Below, one piece after another: positions 46,616-56,561 of a stretch of DNA of 64,000 nucleotides (position 1 is its first letter; every line of letters starts with the position of its first letter). The translations under genes and the position numbers were made by a program. This DNA is from an uncultured candidate division Zixibacteria bacterium (GTDB lineage: Bacteria > Zixibacteria > MSB-5A5 > GN15 > FEB-12), in the NCBI GenBank assembly GCA_963664195.1, contig OY760907.1, forward strand, positions 3,648,001 to 3,712,000, read 5' to 3'. Below the pieces are notes generated by a model that was not told the DNA's origin, ran no database searches, and saw only the letters and a program-made list of their open reading frames with translations.

Positions 46616-46647
46616 AAAAAAAAGGCGGCACCCTCCCGTGCCGCCTT
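46616..46647 (-). terminator. Intrinsic terminator between convergent genes
   Basis: A-run followed by AAGGCGGCAC-CCTCCC-GTGCCGCCTT. Confidence 0.8.
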
Positions 46648-46671
46648 AAACCATCGACTATAATCCCACTC

Positions 46672-48729
46672 CTAGTCGACTACCTCCCCTTCCCTGAGGA
46701 AATCCCCCATTTTCGATACCGAACGATCCAGTATCGAAACGTATTTTTTGATCTGCTCGTCGTCGCTCTCCAAAGAACGCGACTTCAAATACTCCACCGA
46801 TCCGATAATCCCCGTCAAAGGTGACTTCAACCGGTTGCGAAGTTCCAGCTCGCGAGCATCACTTGCCGTATCCGAATCTGTCGCCACACCGTTGGGCCTA
46901 ACCGAAGTCCGCAGCGAGGCGGCGAGCAACCCGGCAATCGCCTCAATAAACGATCCCGTGGCCTCGCTTTCAAGACCACCGGCGTTGTCTTCGCCGGCGC
47001 CAACCGCCACTACGCCAACCGCCTTGTTGCCAACCGTAATCGGCACGATCAAAGCGTTGGTGATGCCTTCGGCAAACGACTGCTTGGTCTCAATTTCACT
47101 CAACATCGCGTCGGCGTGCCCCCGTCCGACGCGAGTCGTCACGCGGTCCTGCAACACCCGTTCATGCACCGGCATGAGGGATACAATCGACTGCCCGTAT
47201 CCCGGCACCATACCGGTCAGCGGCCTGGTCGACACCAGCGCTCGTGATTCGAGGAATGCATGTTCGTCGTCAGCAATCGAAATCCTGACGATATCTGCAC
47301 CGGTTTCTTCCGAGATCAAACGTGCCGCTTCCTGCAAGACTTCATCCGTCGTTCGCAATCCGCCCAAACGCTTCGCGGTTTGGTTGAGTCGAGTGATTCT
47401 GGCTTCCACTCGTTTCAACTTCTCAGATGCCTTCTCCATGTCGAGAAGACGATTCAGCACCGGCCTGAGCGCTTCCAGCCGCCTCAGTTCGCTGACCCCA
47501 TAGGCGTTCTCAATCCGGCTGGCGACAATCATCACCGCCGTCTGGTCACCTTCTTGAGCCACCGGAAGAGCTATCAATGACCGGACATCGTTGTCCGTCA
47601 CGATCTCCCCCAGCGACGGCTGACGGTTGTTCGGCAGGTCGTGGACGGTAACGGTTCGATTAAAGGCAAACGCCGGTCCGGTCAACATCCCTTGCTCCGG
47701 AGTCGTCAGTCCGGCATCTACCAGTACCTGCCCACCGGGACCGAATGAGTACCGTCGGACGTAATTGTCATCTTCTATGATCGCTAATGCGCCATAGTCG
47801 ACCGATAATTCTTTGTTCAAGCCGCGAGCGAGAGCACCGATACGTTCACCAACGGAACCGGCGGTGTCGATCCGTGACTGCATCTCACTGACCCAGCGGT
47901 CAGACTCCTGAAGAGCCTGGACGTTTAGAGTCAACCGATCCAAATCTATCTTGCGTGCTATAATGTCAATCGCGAGACGAAGTGTGACTCCGTCATCCGA
48001 ACCGCATTTCTCGGCACCGTCATTCCACAGCATGAAGAAGCCGACTGTCCTGCCGCTAACTTCTATGGGGAGTACTTCCTGCGGTCGGTTCAATGACTCC
48101 GGGTAGCCCTCGAAAGCCCCCACCGGGTCGCTTCGAACTCCAAGCCGATAGTCATCGTATTTGTCCTGCACGATTGACAGGGCTTTAAGACAATCCGCTT
48201 CCACGGTATCTGTACCGGAGGTTGTGGCCAGACTGAGATTGTTCTGACTTTCAGAGTATTTGAATACCGCCCCGGCGGAGAAACCGAAATTCTCGATCAT
48301 GTAGCCCAAAGTCGTGGACAACACGGTGTCGAGACGCGATTCCACGCCAACCAGTTGCTCCACCCGACGAAGCATCTCGAGGTGCTGCACACGCGTCTTG
48401 TTGTATACCCGATGACGTCGCGCCAGGGGAAGCCAATTAGATACCCCGATCATCAGAAGCGACGTGCCTACAATCACCCCGATCCAGCTAGCCAGCGAAT
48501 AGAATACCGGTTGTGACAAGAACGGAACCGCGTCGTACAAGTTGATTGAATTGAACCAATTCGACACCGACACCAGCGCCAGGACGCTAAGTCCACCGAC
48601 GATGTTGTTATAGCCCTCGGGACTCTCCGAACGAATCTGCGTTTTCAGTTCCGCTATGAGAATCAGAGCCGCCAAAAAGAAGAGGCAAATGGCCCCATGA
48701 GTGAGTTCTGCGCTCACAACGCCTCCCAT
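46672..48729 (-). CDS. Membrane-bound multi-GAF protein with degenerate HisKA-like tail
   Basis: Three N-terminal TM helices, three GAF-like segments (VLPI..G..VG, LIALPV, LIVPITVGNKAVG), terminal NRLKSPLTGIIGSVEYL. Start set at ATG 48729 after AGAGGA. Confidence 0.75.
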   Translation of the reverse strand: MGGVVSAELTHGAICLFFLAALILIAELKTQIRSESPEGYNNIVGGLSVLALVSVSNWFNSINLYDAVPFLSQPVFYSLASWIGVIVGTSLLMIGVSNWLPLARRHRVYNKTRVQHLEMLRRVEQLVGVESRLDTVLSTTLGYMIENFGFSAGAVFKYSESQNNLSLATTSGTDTVEADCLKALSIVQDKYDDYRLGVRSDPVGAFEGYPESLNRPQEVLPIEVSGRTVGFFMLWNDGAEKCGSDDGVTLRLAIDIIARKIDLDRLTLNVQALQESDRWVSEMQSRIDTAGSVGERIGALARGLNKELSVDYGALAIIEDDNYVRRYSFGPGGQVLVDAGLTTPEQGMLTGPAFAFNRTVTVHDLPNNRQPSLGEIVTDNDVRSLIALPVAQEGDQTAVMIVASRIENAYGVSELRRLEALRPVLNRLLDMEKASEKLKRVEARITRLNQTAKRLGGLRTTDEVLQEAARLISEETGADIVRISIADDEHAFLESRALVSTRPLTGMVPGYGQSIVSLMPVHERVLQDRVTTRVGRGHADAMLSEIETKQSFAEGITNALIVPITVGNKAVGVVAVGAGEDNAGGLESEATGSFIEAIAGLLAASLRTSVRPNGVATDSDTASDARELELRNRLKSPLTGIIGSVEYLKSRSLESDDEQIKKYVSILDRSVSKMGDFLREGEVVD

Positions 48730-48754
48730 CAGTAAATCCTCTGTTACTAAGGGA

Positions 48755-48782
48755 TTATCGGCATTTTGCATACATCATCTTA
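48755..48782 (-). promoter_or_regulatory. sigma28-like promoter
   Basis: TAAG-N16-GCCGATAA upstream of the GAF gene. Confidence 0.55.
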
Positions 48783-48916
48783 GCGCTTCCCATGTTGGCA
48801 GCTACCAAGAGAGTATGGCCTTTCCCCCACTATCTTTGAGGATCTCAACGCGGGCGAGCCGTGCTCACCCGGTCAAATCAATTGCAGCATAAGCACTTAC
48901 GAGGAAATTCGTCGGT

Positions 48917-48933
48917 TAGGCATCCTCTTTGCG
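48917..48933 (+). promoter_or_regulatory. sigma54-type -24/-12 promoter
   Basis: TAGGCATCCTCTTTGCG (GG-N10-GC), about 60 bp upstream of the repeat lipoprotein. Confidence 0.5.
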
Positions 48934-48994
48934 ATAGTCAGGCCAAAGACTGAACCGTTTTCACAACACGCCCTGACGGGCAAAGGGAGGACCG

Positions 48995-49681
48995 ATGTTT
49001 AAGAAGCTGCACTTTCCAATGTTACTGATCATGCTGTTGGCAGCCTGCATGCTGTCGATCGGATGCTCGGATGATTCAGATCGAATCGTTGGTCAGGGCG
49101 ACCTTGATGCGCTGTCTCTTGGGGATGCCGACGGTGATCTTACGGATGTCGATTACGATGACAACGATAATCCGTACGACCCCGACGACCAGGTACTCGA
49201 CAGCACGTCCATCGATGACGATGACGTAGACATCTCTACCGGTGACGACACTCCGGACAACCCGAATTCCCACTTCAAAGAAGCCGAAGAATTCGATCTT
49301 GGCGAAGCCGGAGTCGACTTCGACATGTCACTCGTCGACAGTGATCCTGACAATCCGAACGCTCACTTCAAAGAGGCTGAAGAAAATGATCTTGGCAACT
49401 CCGGTATCGACTATGACCCGTCACTGGGATACGAACCGGACAACCCAAATTCCCACTTCAAAGAAGCTGACCTGCCGGGTATTGACGATCTTGATCTCGT
49501 CCCGCCGATCACGTCGGGCCACGAACCGGACAATCCGAATGTCCATCTGAAAGAGGCCGGGCTGAACAATCTGGGCGACGCCGGCATCGTCTATGACCCG
49601 TCACTTGGCCACGTCCCGGACAATCCGAACGTTGGCCTGAAGGATGGCGCCGAAGCTGAACTCGGCGGAGACAAAAAGTAG
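48995..49681 (+). CDS. Acidic lipoprotein with five ~30-aa PDNPNxHxKEA repeats
   Basis: GGAGG RBS, lipobox LSIGC, Asp-rich body, tandem repeats, own terminator. Confidence 0.8.
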   Translation: MFKKLHFPMLLIMLLAACMLSIGCSDDSDRIVGQGDLDALSLGDADGDLTDVDYDDNDNPYDPDDQVLDSTSIDDDDVDISTGDDTPDNPNSHFKEAEEFDLGEAGVDFDMSLVDSDPDNPNAHFKEAEENDLGNSGIDYDPSLGYEPDNPNSHFKEADLPGIDDLDLVPPITSGHEPDNPNVHLKEAGLNNLGDAGIVYDPSLGHVPDNPNVGLKDGAEAELGGDKK

Positions 49682-49702
49682 AACCCTTCCACTCCTTGTT
49701 AG

Positions 49703-49733
49703 AAGGTCGGGCCGATTACGGTCCGACCTTTTT
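49703..49733 (+). terminator. Intrinsic terminator
   Basis: AAGGTCGGGCCG-ATTA-CGGTCCGACCTT followed by TTT. Confidence 0.8.
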
Positions 49734-49738
49734 GTTTT

Positions 49739-50389
49739 CTAAAGAGCTGTGTTCTGGAGAGCGCGGCCGTAGTTCTTGAAATGCGTCTTGGCCACTTCGA
49801 GCAAGACCGAGGCACCACACTGTGCAACCAGTTCCCGCCCGGCAGCATCGACCTGCGGAGCAGCACCCTTGGGAAGCACCATGCCGTAGTCGGACGATAG
49901 CCGCGCCATTTGCCGGACAAATTCTGCCCGCGCAATGATCGACGCCGCAGCTACCTGAGGGATAGATTCACCGCGTACCATTTGCTTGATGGGTAGCAAA
50001 CATCCAGAGTCGGCCATGGCCGTTTCCAAACGTTCAGACTTGCCGAACTTGTCCGAAATAGCCAGATCTGCCGCTCCCTGGCTGAGACAACCAGCTATGG
50101 CTTCTGCATGGCCGCCGGCAAGAAGGATGTTCAGGTTCCGGATCTTCTCATACAGGCGATTGTACTCAATCGGCGGATACACAATGACAGAAAAAACAAA
50201 GCGGGCACGAAGCTGCTCATCAATCGTAAGCAGCTTCTTGTCCGCAATTTTCTTCGAGTCACGCACCCCCATCGCACCGAGAACCGCAATATCTTCATCG
50301 GAAGCAAGACAACCTGCCACCACCAGCGGCCCGAAAAAGTCCCCCTTGCCCGATTCGTCAACGCCTATTATGCGCTGAGATTGTGCCAT
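49739..50389 (-). CDS. rnhC: Ribonuclease HIII (catalytic domain only)
   Basis: IGVDESGKGDFFGPLVV, GVRDSKK, VAAASIIAR, LPKGA, AKTHFKN. Confidence 0.88.
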   Translation of the reverse strand: MAQSQRIIGVDESGKGDFFGPLVVAGCLASDEDIAVLGAMGVRDSKKIADKKLLTIDEQLRARFVFSVIVYPPIEYNRLYEKIRNLNILLAGGHAEAIAGCLSQGAADLAISDKFGKSERLETAMADSGCLLPIKQMVRGESIPQVAAASIIARAEFVRQMARLSSDYGMVLPKGAAPQVDAAGRELVAQCGASVLLEVAKTHFKNYGRALQNTAL

Positions 50390-50392
50390 CGG

Positions 50393-50953
50393 CTAATTCG
50401 CCCGTTCGAGGTACGCGTTTGTGCGCGTATCAACTTTGACCTTGTCGCCTTCTTTGACAAATGGCGGTACTTTGACCTCAAGACCGGTCTGTAGCTTTGC
50501 CGGCTTCGTGATATTGCTGACGGTATCTCCGCGAACCGACGGTTCGGTCTCCACCACCTCAAGGATCACCGACGCAGGCAAATCAGCCGCGATAGCCTCA
50601 TTGTCCAGAAACAAAACCAGGTATTCCTCGTTCTCCAGCAGATACCATTTGGCATCCCCGAGGCTGTCCACGGGAATCGATACTTGATCGAAAGTCTGCG
50701 AATCCATGAAGCTCATTTCACCGCCGTCTTCGTACAGGTACTGCATCTTCTTCTTCTCGATGTCCGGCGGCTTGAAGGAGTCGTTCGACGAAAACACCTT
50801 CTCAACAACGGCACCTGTCTTGATATGCTTGAGCTTGGTGCGGATGTTTGCCTTACCGCGCCCCATCTTAAAGTGCTGATACTCTACTACATAGTAGGGC
50901 TGGTCATCCCACAGGATAGGCAAACCTTTCCTGAAATCTGATACTGAATACAT
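50393..50953 (-). CDS. efp: Elongation factor P
   Basis: KMGRGKA, MQYLY, RGDT, KPAKLQTG..VKVPPFV..GD.VKVDTR. Confidence 0.97.
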   Translation of the reverse strand: MYSVSDFRKGLPILWDDQPYYVVEYQHFKMGRGKANIRTKLKHIKTGAVVEKVFSSNDSFKPPDIEKKKMQYLYEDGGEMSFMDSQTFDQVSIPVDSLGDAKWYLLENEEYLVLFLDNEAIAADLPASVILEVVETEPSVRGDTVSNITKPAKLQTGLEVKVPPFVKEGDKVKVDTRTNAYLERAN

Positions 50954-51028
50954 TCCACCTCCAAAGACTCAAAATGCTAAGAGGGGAAATATAGCAATAA
51001 TCGCCGTTCACCCAAGAATTTTCTGAAA

Positions 51029-52873
51029 CTAAGCGATGTTTTCCGGCTCGACCGTCACCGGCTGCCCCTGTGACGCCAACGGAACGCGGATATGGAAGCG
51101 CGTGCCGCAACCCGGATCAGATTCGACGGAAAGGCTGCCCGAGTGCGCGGTCATGATCTTCTGGGCCAGAGAAAGGCCCAATCCGGTACCTGAAGCCCGG
51201 GTAGAATAAAACGGCGTGAAGATGCGCTCAACGATATCATCGTCGATGCCGCAGCCTGAGTCGGCTATCGTCACCAACGCCGAGCCTCGGTCGATGCCGA
51301 CAGACACCTCGACCAAACCTCCGGTTTCACCGTATGCCTTTATCGCGTTGTCGATTATGTTGCCGAATACCTGCTTCAACAACACGGCGTCACCGTCTAT
51401 CAAGATCTCCCCGGCGGCGTCTAATTCGAACTCGACTTCACAACAATCTTCGCGAACCTTGAATTGATCGATCGAGTCTCTGAGAAGCTCATCCAACGAG
51501 ATCGGCTCAGGCCAGAAGTCAAACGGACGCGCAAAAGTCAGGAATCTGCTTATCAGCGACTCAGCGTCTCGCGCCTCATTGATCAGAATATCCGCGCGCT
51601 CAGTAGATTGACCGTCGCGACTCTGGCCTCTCCTGATTAGTCCGGCATAGCCGCTGATAGCTCCAAGCGAGTTCCTCATCTGGTGCGCAAGACCGGAGGC
51701 CATTTCACCCAGGGCGACCAGTTTATTGTTGCCTTCAAGCTCCCGCCGAAGACGATCCAATTCCGTCAGGTCGTTTATAAACGCGAGATAACCGACTATC
51801 GTCTGCTCCTTATCCCTGATAGACGACAGACTGACCCCAAGCACGGTCTCAGACCGCCTCCCAAACAGGTGACGATACTCACGGTACCCGGCAACAGTAT
51901 CATCCTCGATGACCCGACCAACATCTTCGAGCAAACGTCCCAGACCACTCAGCAGATCGGAGTAATGCCGCCCTTCTGCCCTTCCCTGGCTGATGTCCAA
52001 CAATTGGATGGCCTTCTCGTTGGCCGCCACCACTGTGCCAGACGGGTCAAAAGTGATAATTCCGGCATGCCCTGACTCCAGCAGGTACTGATTGAATTGT
52101 TCCAGCGAATCGGCCCGGTTTTGTATCGCCTCGTTAAGTTCGACAAGCGTCGCCTCGTTCTCTTTCAACTTGTCGATGACACGCTCATACTCCCGCACAA
52201 TCGCGTCGGCTTCGTTCTCAGAGTCATCAACCTGACGCCCCGCTTCGGCAGCTCTCCGCTTGAGCTTTCTGAACGGCCCGAATATGAACTGCGACAGCAC
52301 AAAGTAAACAATGCCCACTACCCCCAGCGCACCGAGCTGCACGAACAGAATAGTACTGCGCGAGTCATCCAGATACGCCAGCCCGGGTCGATCAACCGTC
52401 AGCACAAGCAGGTTGTGGCCAGCCCCGGCAGGAATCGGATACAAAAAGTAGTACTGATCCTCGCTCCCCCTCGTCAACTCGTTGAAATCGGCGTTGAATA
52501 GCTTTCGGGCAACCTCTGGAAGCTGTGTCGGAGGCAGTTGAGCGAGCACAGTCTTGAACCATTCACGCTTCGCCTCGGTAGAATTTTCTGACGGCCGCGA
52601 CGATACAAGCATCAGCCCCGACAACCCTTGATCAAGCTGCACCTGCTTCAATTCATCGTCACTCAACCTGCTCGGATAAGCTTCCTGGATAATTCGCGAG
52701 ATCGACAGGGCCGCTTTGCGCAGATGACGGTCGGTCTCCTCCAATTGAGTCGAGCGAGCCCGGTATATTATGAAGTTTGAAGCCACGTTCAGGAACAGCA
52801 GGAGACAAACAATCACCAGCAGACCGAGATGTACCTCGGACTCGAACTTACTTTTGGATTTGCCCAGACGCAT
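51029..52873 (-). CDS. Membrane PAS-domain sensor histidine kinase
   Basis: Two TM helices, PAS, LAHQMRNSL H-box, NIIDNAIKA, DSGCGI, FTPFYST, GTGLGL. Confidence 0.92.
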   Translation of the reverse strand: MRLGKSKSKFESEVHLGLLVIVCLLLFLNVASNFIIYRARSTQLEETDRHLRKAALSISRIIQEAYPSRLSDDELKQVQLDQGLSGLMLVSSRPSENSTEAKREWFKTVLAQLPPTQLPEVARKLFNADFNELTRGSEDQYYFLYPIPAGAGHNLLVLTVDRPGLAYLDDSRSTILFVQLGALGVVGIVYFVLSQFIFGPFRKLKRRAAEAGRQVDDSENEADAIVREYERVIDKLKENEATLVELNEAIQNRADSLEQFNQYLLESGHAGIITFDPSGTVVAANEKAIQLLDISQGRAEGRHYSDLLSGLGRLLEDVGRVIEDDTVAGYREYRHLFGRRSETVLGVSLSSIRDKEQTIVGYLAFINDLTELDRLRRELEGNNKLVALGEMASGLAHQMRNSLGAISGYAGLIRRGQSRDGQSTERADILINEARDAESLISRFLTFARPFDFWPEPISLDELLRDSIDQFKVREDCCEVEFELDAAGEILIDGDAVLLKQVFGNIIDNAIKAYGETGGLVEVSVGIDRGSALVTIADSGCGIDDDIVERIFTPFYSTRASGTGLGLSLAQKIMTAHSGSLSVESDPGCGTRFHIRVPLASQGQPVTVEPENIA

Positions 52874-52880
52874 ATTGGAT

Positions 52881-52907
52881 TAATCGGCATAAACGCCGGT
52901 CTATTGA
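52881..52907 (-). promoter_or_regulatory. sigma28-like promoter
   Basis: TCAA-N15-GCCGATTA ending 7 nt before the kinase ATG. Confidence 0.5.
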
Positions 52908-52922
52908 GAGGACCGACGCCTG

Positions 52923-53705
52923 CTAATGCACGTGCAGGAAATTATCGACATAGAGCGCGATGAGTTGATCGCCCCAGATTATGGCGACCATCGCAGCCAG
53001 AGCTATAAACGGCCCGAACGGAATCATCCGGCTTTCCCTCAGTTTCGCTGAGAAGATCATCACGACCATCGACACTGCCAGGCCGATCACTGCCGATGAC
53101 AGGAACACAAACAGCACCTTCTGCCAGCCCAGAAACGCGCCCAGCATTGCCGCCATCTTGATGTCGCCGCCCCCCATCGCTTCCTTCTTGAACAAACGCT
53201 CGCCCAACTCCGCCACGAGAAACAGCGAACCACCGCCGACCAGAAAACCGATCAGTGACGGGACGATTCCTATCCCACCCGGAAGGAACGAGACTGCCAG
53301 ACCGAGCGCCGCGCCCGGAATCGTGATCATGTCAGGGATAATCTGAAAATCCAGATCGATATAGAATATCGTCAGCAACGCCGACGACAGGAAGGCGAAT
53401 ACCGCAAACTCAAACGTCAGACCCAATTCCCAGAAAAAATACAGGTAGGCAGCGGCATTGATTAGCTCCACCAGCGGATACCTGAATGAAATTCTCTCGC
53501 CGCAGAAGCCACATTTCCCACGCAGGAAAAGCCAGCTCAGGACAGGCACATTGTGATACCATTTCAGTTGATTGTCACAACTCGGGCAGACTGATCGCCC
53601 GGCCCAGAATTTCTTGTCCCTCGGAACGCGGTAAATCACTACGTTGAGAAACGATCCGATACACAGGCCCGTCAGAGCCACCCAAATGTAATAGAAACCT
53701 TCCAT
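52923..53705 (-). CDS. pilD: Prepilin peptidase/N-methyltransferase
   Basis: GSFLNVVIYRVP, SVCPSC...GKCGFC, IDLDFQIIPD, MGGGDIK, IPFGPF. Confidence 0.95.
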   Translation of the reverse strand: MEGFYYIWVALTGLCIGSFLNVVIYRVPRDKKFWAGRSVCPSCDNQLKWYHNVPVLSWLFLRGKCGFCGERISFRYPLVELINAAAYLYFFWELGLTFEFAVFAFLSSALLTIFYIDLDFQIIPDMITIPGAALGLAVSFLPGGIGIVPSLIGFLVGGGSLFLVAELGERLFKKEAMGGGDIKMAAMLGAFLGWQKVLFVFLSSAVIGLAVSMVVMIFSAKLRESRMIPFGPFIALAAMVAIIWGDQLIALYVDNFLHVH

Positions 53706-53714
53706 ACCTCTGGA

Positions 53715-53741
53715 TTATCGGCAGGTTTGACGTTTAGCTGA
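53715..53741 (-). promoter_or_regulatory. sigma28-like promoter
   Basis: TCAG-N15-GCCGATAA ending 9 nt before the pilD ATG. Confidence 0.45.
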
Positions 53742-54495
53742 GTTCTCCGAGTCTTTGCATGATCAAGGCAACCACGGCCGGACCGGCGGTTTCGGTGCGC
53801 AGAACGCGCTTGCCCAGCCCCACCTGCAGGAACCCGGCGCCAACTGCACGCGAGACCTCATCTCCGGAAAAACCGGACTCAGGCCCCACCACAAGCGTAA
53901 TTCGCCGCAGAGTTGGCTCAAACGCAAGCGAGTCCAGCGATTGTGCCCCTTCGCCTGCATGAAAAATCAGGCCCGGCGTCTCCGAATCATGCTGAACCAA
54001 AAACTCCTCGAACGTAGTCGGGAGCGCGATCTCGGGAACGCAAGACCGCCGGCACTGCTTGATCGCTGCAAGCGCTACCTTTTCGAGTCGGTTCTGACGT
54101 GAACGGGCACGTTTCGGATCGCTCAGAGCCACCTTGGACTTCTCGGTCAATAACGGGATGAACCTTTTCACCCCAAGCTCGGTACCACGCTGTACCACGC
54201 TGTCGAACTTGCTGCCAACCGACATGCCGGCAGCCAACGTCAAACGGATAGTCGGTTCACCGAAGTCCCTGATCGCGTTGTGAATCCGCGCCGTAACGCT
54301 TTTCGTCCCGACCTTTGCAACTTCAGCCCGATACGCCATCCCGAGACCATCGATCAGAATCACCAGCGCCCCCGCTGTCAGTCGCATCACCTTGACGAGA
54401 TGCTTTGCCTCTGCCGTCGGAAGTGATACTACTTGACCCGTCTCAGCTTCGCCCGAAACACTTTCAAGAGAGATATAAAACAGCGGCGGCAACAC
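53734..54495 (-). CDS. rsmE: 16S rRNA m3U1498 methyltransferase
   Basis: HLVKVMRL, TELGV, QCRR, VGPESGFS, LGKRVLRTETA. Confidence 0.95.
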   Translation of the reverse strand: MLPPLFYISLESVSGEAETGQVVSLPTAEAKHLVKVMRLTAGALVILIDGLGMAYRAEVAKVGTKSVTARIHNAIRDFGEPTIRLTLAAGMSVGSKFDSVVQRGTELGVKRFIPLLTEKSKVALSDPKRARSRQNRLEKVALAAIKQCRRSCVPEIALPTTFEEFLVQHDSETPGLIFHAGEGAQSLDSLAFEPTLRRITLVVGPESGFSGDEVSRAVGAGFLQVGLGKRVLRTETAGPAVVALIMQRLGELS

Positions 54496-54498
54496 GAT

Positions 54499-55377
54499 CT
54501 ACACCACCCTCAAAGTGTACGTGAGCCATCCTTCTTCCCGAAAGATATCAAAATCCGCCTGACCGTACTTCTGAAGCGCTTCTGAAATCGCTGGTTCATC
54601 CAACTCAAGCAAACCGGAAAGGACGAGAACTCCCCCTCTGCGAGTCAGCGCAATCAGTCGATCAAGCATCGAGAGAATCGTGCTCCGAATAATGTTCGCG
54701 CAGACAAAATCGTACGGATCGTCACCGTCACACTTCTCAATCGAACCGAGCAGAATCTCATGAGACGCACGAACCTTGTTCAACTCGAAATTCTCACGAC
54801 AGTTTTCAATCGCCACGATATCATAGTCAATCGCCTTGATCCGACTGGCCCCCATCTTGTCGGCCAACACTGCCAACACGCCCGAGCCGGTCCCCATATC
54901 CATGAACGACATACCTTCTTTGAATGCGTTGCGAACGCCCAGAAGACTGCCCTTCGTCGTAGCGTGAGAACCGGTGCCAAACGCCATATTCGGATCGATG
55001 ACGATTTCGTACTGCAATCCCGTTGGCTCACACCAGGTAGGTCGCACTGCCACGTCTTCACCTATTGTCACCGGCCTAATACTCTCGCGATACTTCTCGA
55101 CCCACGACGCATTTCCGACACTGCGCTGCACGATTTCAGGAATTTCGGACAAATCGTTGCCGACAAGCCCCTCGAGGAATTCCGTAAGACGCTCCCGACT
55201 CTGAGTATCATCCTCAGGAACGTAGAAAATGATCCCTGTGACCGGAGAATCCTCTTCCTCCTCAAGCACCAGTCCCGCCGCGATGTGCTCGGTAATGAAA
55301 TCGCCGACAGAGTCGGCGAGATTTCGGGGCACCTGCAGTCGAGTTTCGATGTAAACCTGTTCGTCCTGTTCGGACAT
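54499..55377 (-). CDS. prmA: Ribosomal protein L11 methyltransferase
   Basis: IDPNMAFGTGSHATT, DMGTGSGVLA, ANI, LSGLL. Confidence 0.95.
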   Translation of the reverse strand: MSEQDEQVYIETRLQVPRNLADSVGDFITEHIAAGLVLEEEEDSPVTGIIFYVPEDDTQSRERLTEFLEGLVGNDLSEIPEIVQRSVGNASWVEKYRESIRPVTIGEDVAVRPTWCEPTGLQYEIVIDPNMAFGTGSHATTKGSLLGVRNAFKEGMSFMDMGTGSGVLAVLADKMGASRIKAIDYDIVAIENCRENFELNKVRASHEILLGSIEKCDGDDPYDFVCANIIRSTILSMLDRLIALTRRGGVLVLSGLLELDEPAISEALQKYGQADFDIFREEGWLTYTLRVV

Positions 55378-55379
55378 AA

Positions 55380-56555
55380 TCAAACTCCCAGCGTGTCACG
55401 CAGTTTTTCAAAAAACGACCGATCTGCCGTGGGTGGACGGAACGTCTCTGAGTCTGCGAGCTGTTCGAGTATTTTGCGGTCATCATTGCCCAGTTTCGTC
55501 GGAACCCAGACCGTGATCTGTACGAGCTGATCCCCCTTGCCGCTGCGATGCAACCGCGAGATACCTTTTCCTCGCATTTTGAGCACTTTGCCCGACTGAG
55601 TTCCCGGCGGAATCTTCAGCTTGGCCGTCCCCCCCAACACCGGCACTTCGACTTCGCCGCCAAGTGCCGCCATCGTGAACGAAATCGGAAGCTCAAACAA
55701 CACGCTGTCGCCGTGACGCGTGAAATGCTTGTGCTGCTCCTCCTCGAATACCGCTATTAGATCCCCGGTCTCGCCGTTGTTCGGAGCTACATTACCCATA
55801 TTGTCCACGGTCATGTAGTTGCCGGAGGACACACCGGGCGGTACGTTCAGATTCACCTTGCTCGTACCTTTGTGCCTGCCCTCTCCCCCGCACGTACGAC
55901 AGGGGCTCGATATAACCTGGCCGGAACCCCGACAGATATTACACGTTGTCACCTGCTGCACGGTACCAAGAAACGTACGGGTCACCGTCCGCATCTGGCC
56001 GGATCCGCGACACTGCTGGCAGGTCTGTTTGGAAGAACCCGCCGCGACACCGCTGCCGTCGCACGTATCGCATTTCACCATGCGATTGACGCTCAGCGTC
56101 TTCTTGACACCGGTAGCTATCTCCTCAAGCGTCAACTTGATGCGCACTCGAAGATCTTCGCCACGGTTGGCTCGCCGACGTCCTCCGCCGCCGCCCATGC
56201 CGAACAGATCGTCGAAAATCGATCCGCCGCCACCGCCGCCGCCAAAGTCGCGCATGAAGGCACGAAGCGCGTCGCCAAGATCAATGCCCCCCTCGAAACC
56301 ACCGAACCCGCCAAAACCTCCCGCCCCCTGGCCCAGGCCCGCATGACCGTACTGGTCATACATCTGGCGTTTCTGAGGCTCTTTGAGCACTTCGTACGCC
56401 TCGGTCGCTTCCTTGAACTTATCCTCGGCGCTCTTATCACCCGGATTGCGATCCGGGTGATACTTCATCGCCAACTTGCGATACGCCGACTTGACCGTCG
56501 ACTCATCGGCTCCACGATCCACTCCGAGAACTTCGTAATAGTCTCGTTTATTCAT
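55380..56555 (-). CDS. dnaJ: Chaperone DnaJ
   Basis: DYYEVLG, HPD, G/F-rich region, four CxxCxGxG repeats. Confidence 0.98.
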   Translation of the reverse strand: MNKRDYYEVLGVDRGADESTVKSAYRKLAMKYHPDRNPGDKSAEDKFKEATEAYEVLKEPQKRQMYDQYGHAGLGQGAGGFGGFGGFEGGIDLGDALRAFMRDFGGGGGGGSIFDDLFGMGGGGGRRRANRGEDLRVRIKLTLEEIATGVKKTLSVNRMVKCDTCDGSGVAAGSSKQTCQQCRGSGQMRTVTRTFLGTVQQVTTCNICRGSGQVISSPCRTCGGEGRHKGTSKVNLNVPPGVSSGNYMTVDNMGNVAPNNGETGDLIAVFEEEQHKHFTRHGDSVLFELPISFTMAALGGEVEVPVLGGTAKLKIPPGTQSGKVLKMRGKGISRLHRSGKGDQLVQITVWVPTKLGNDDRKILEQLADSETFRPPTADRSFFEKLRDTLGV

Positions 56556-56561
56556 CAATTC

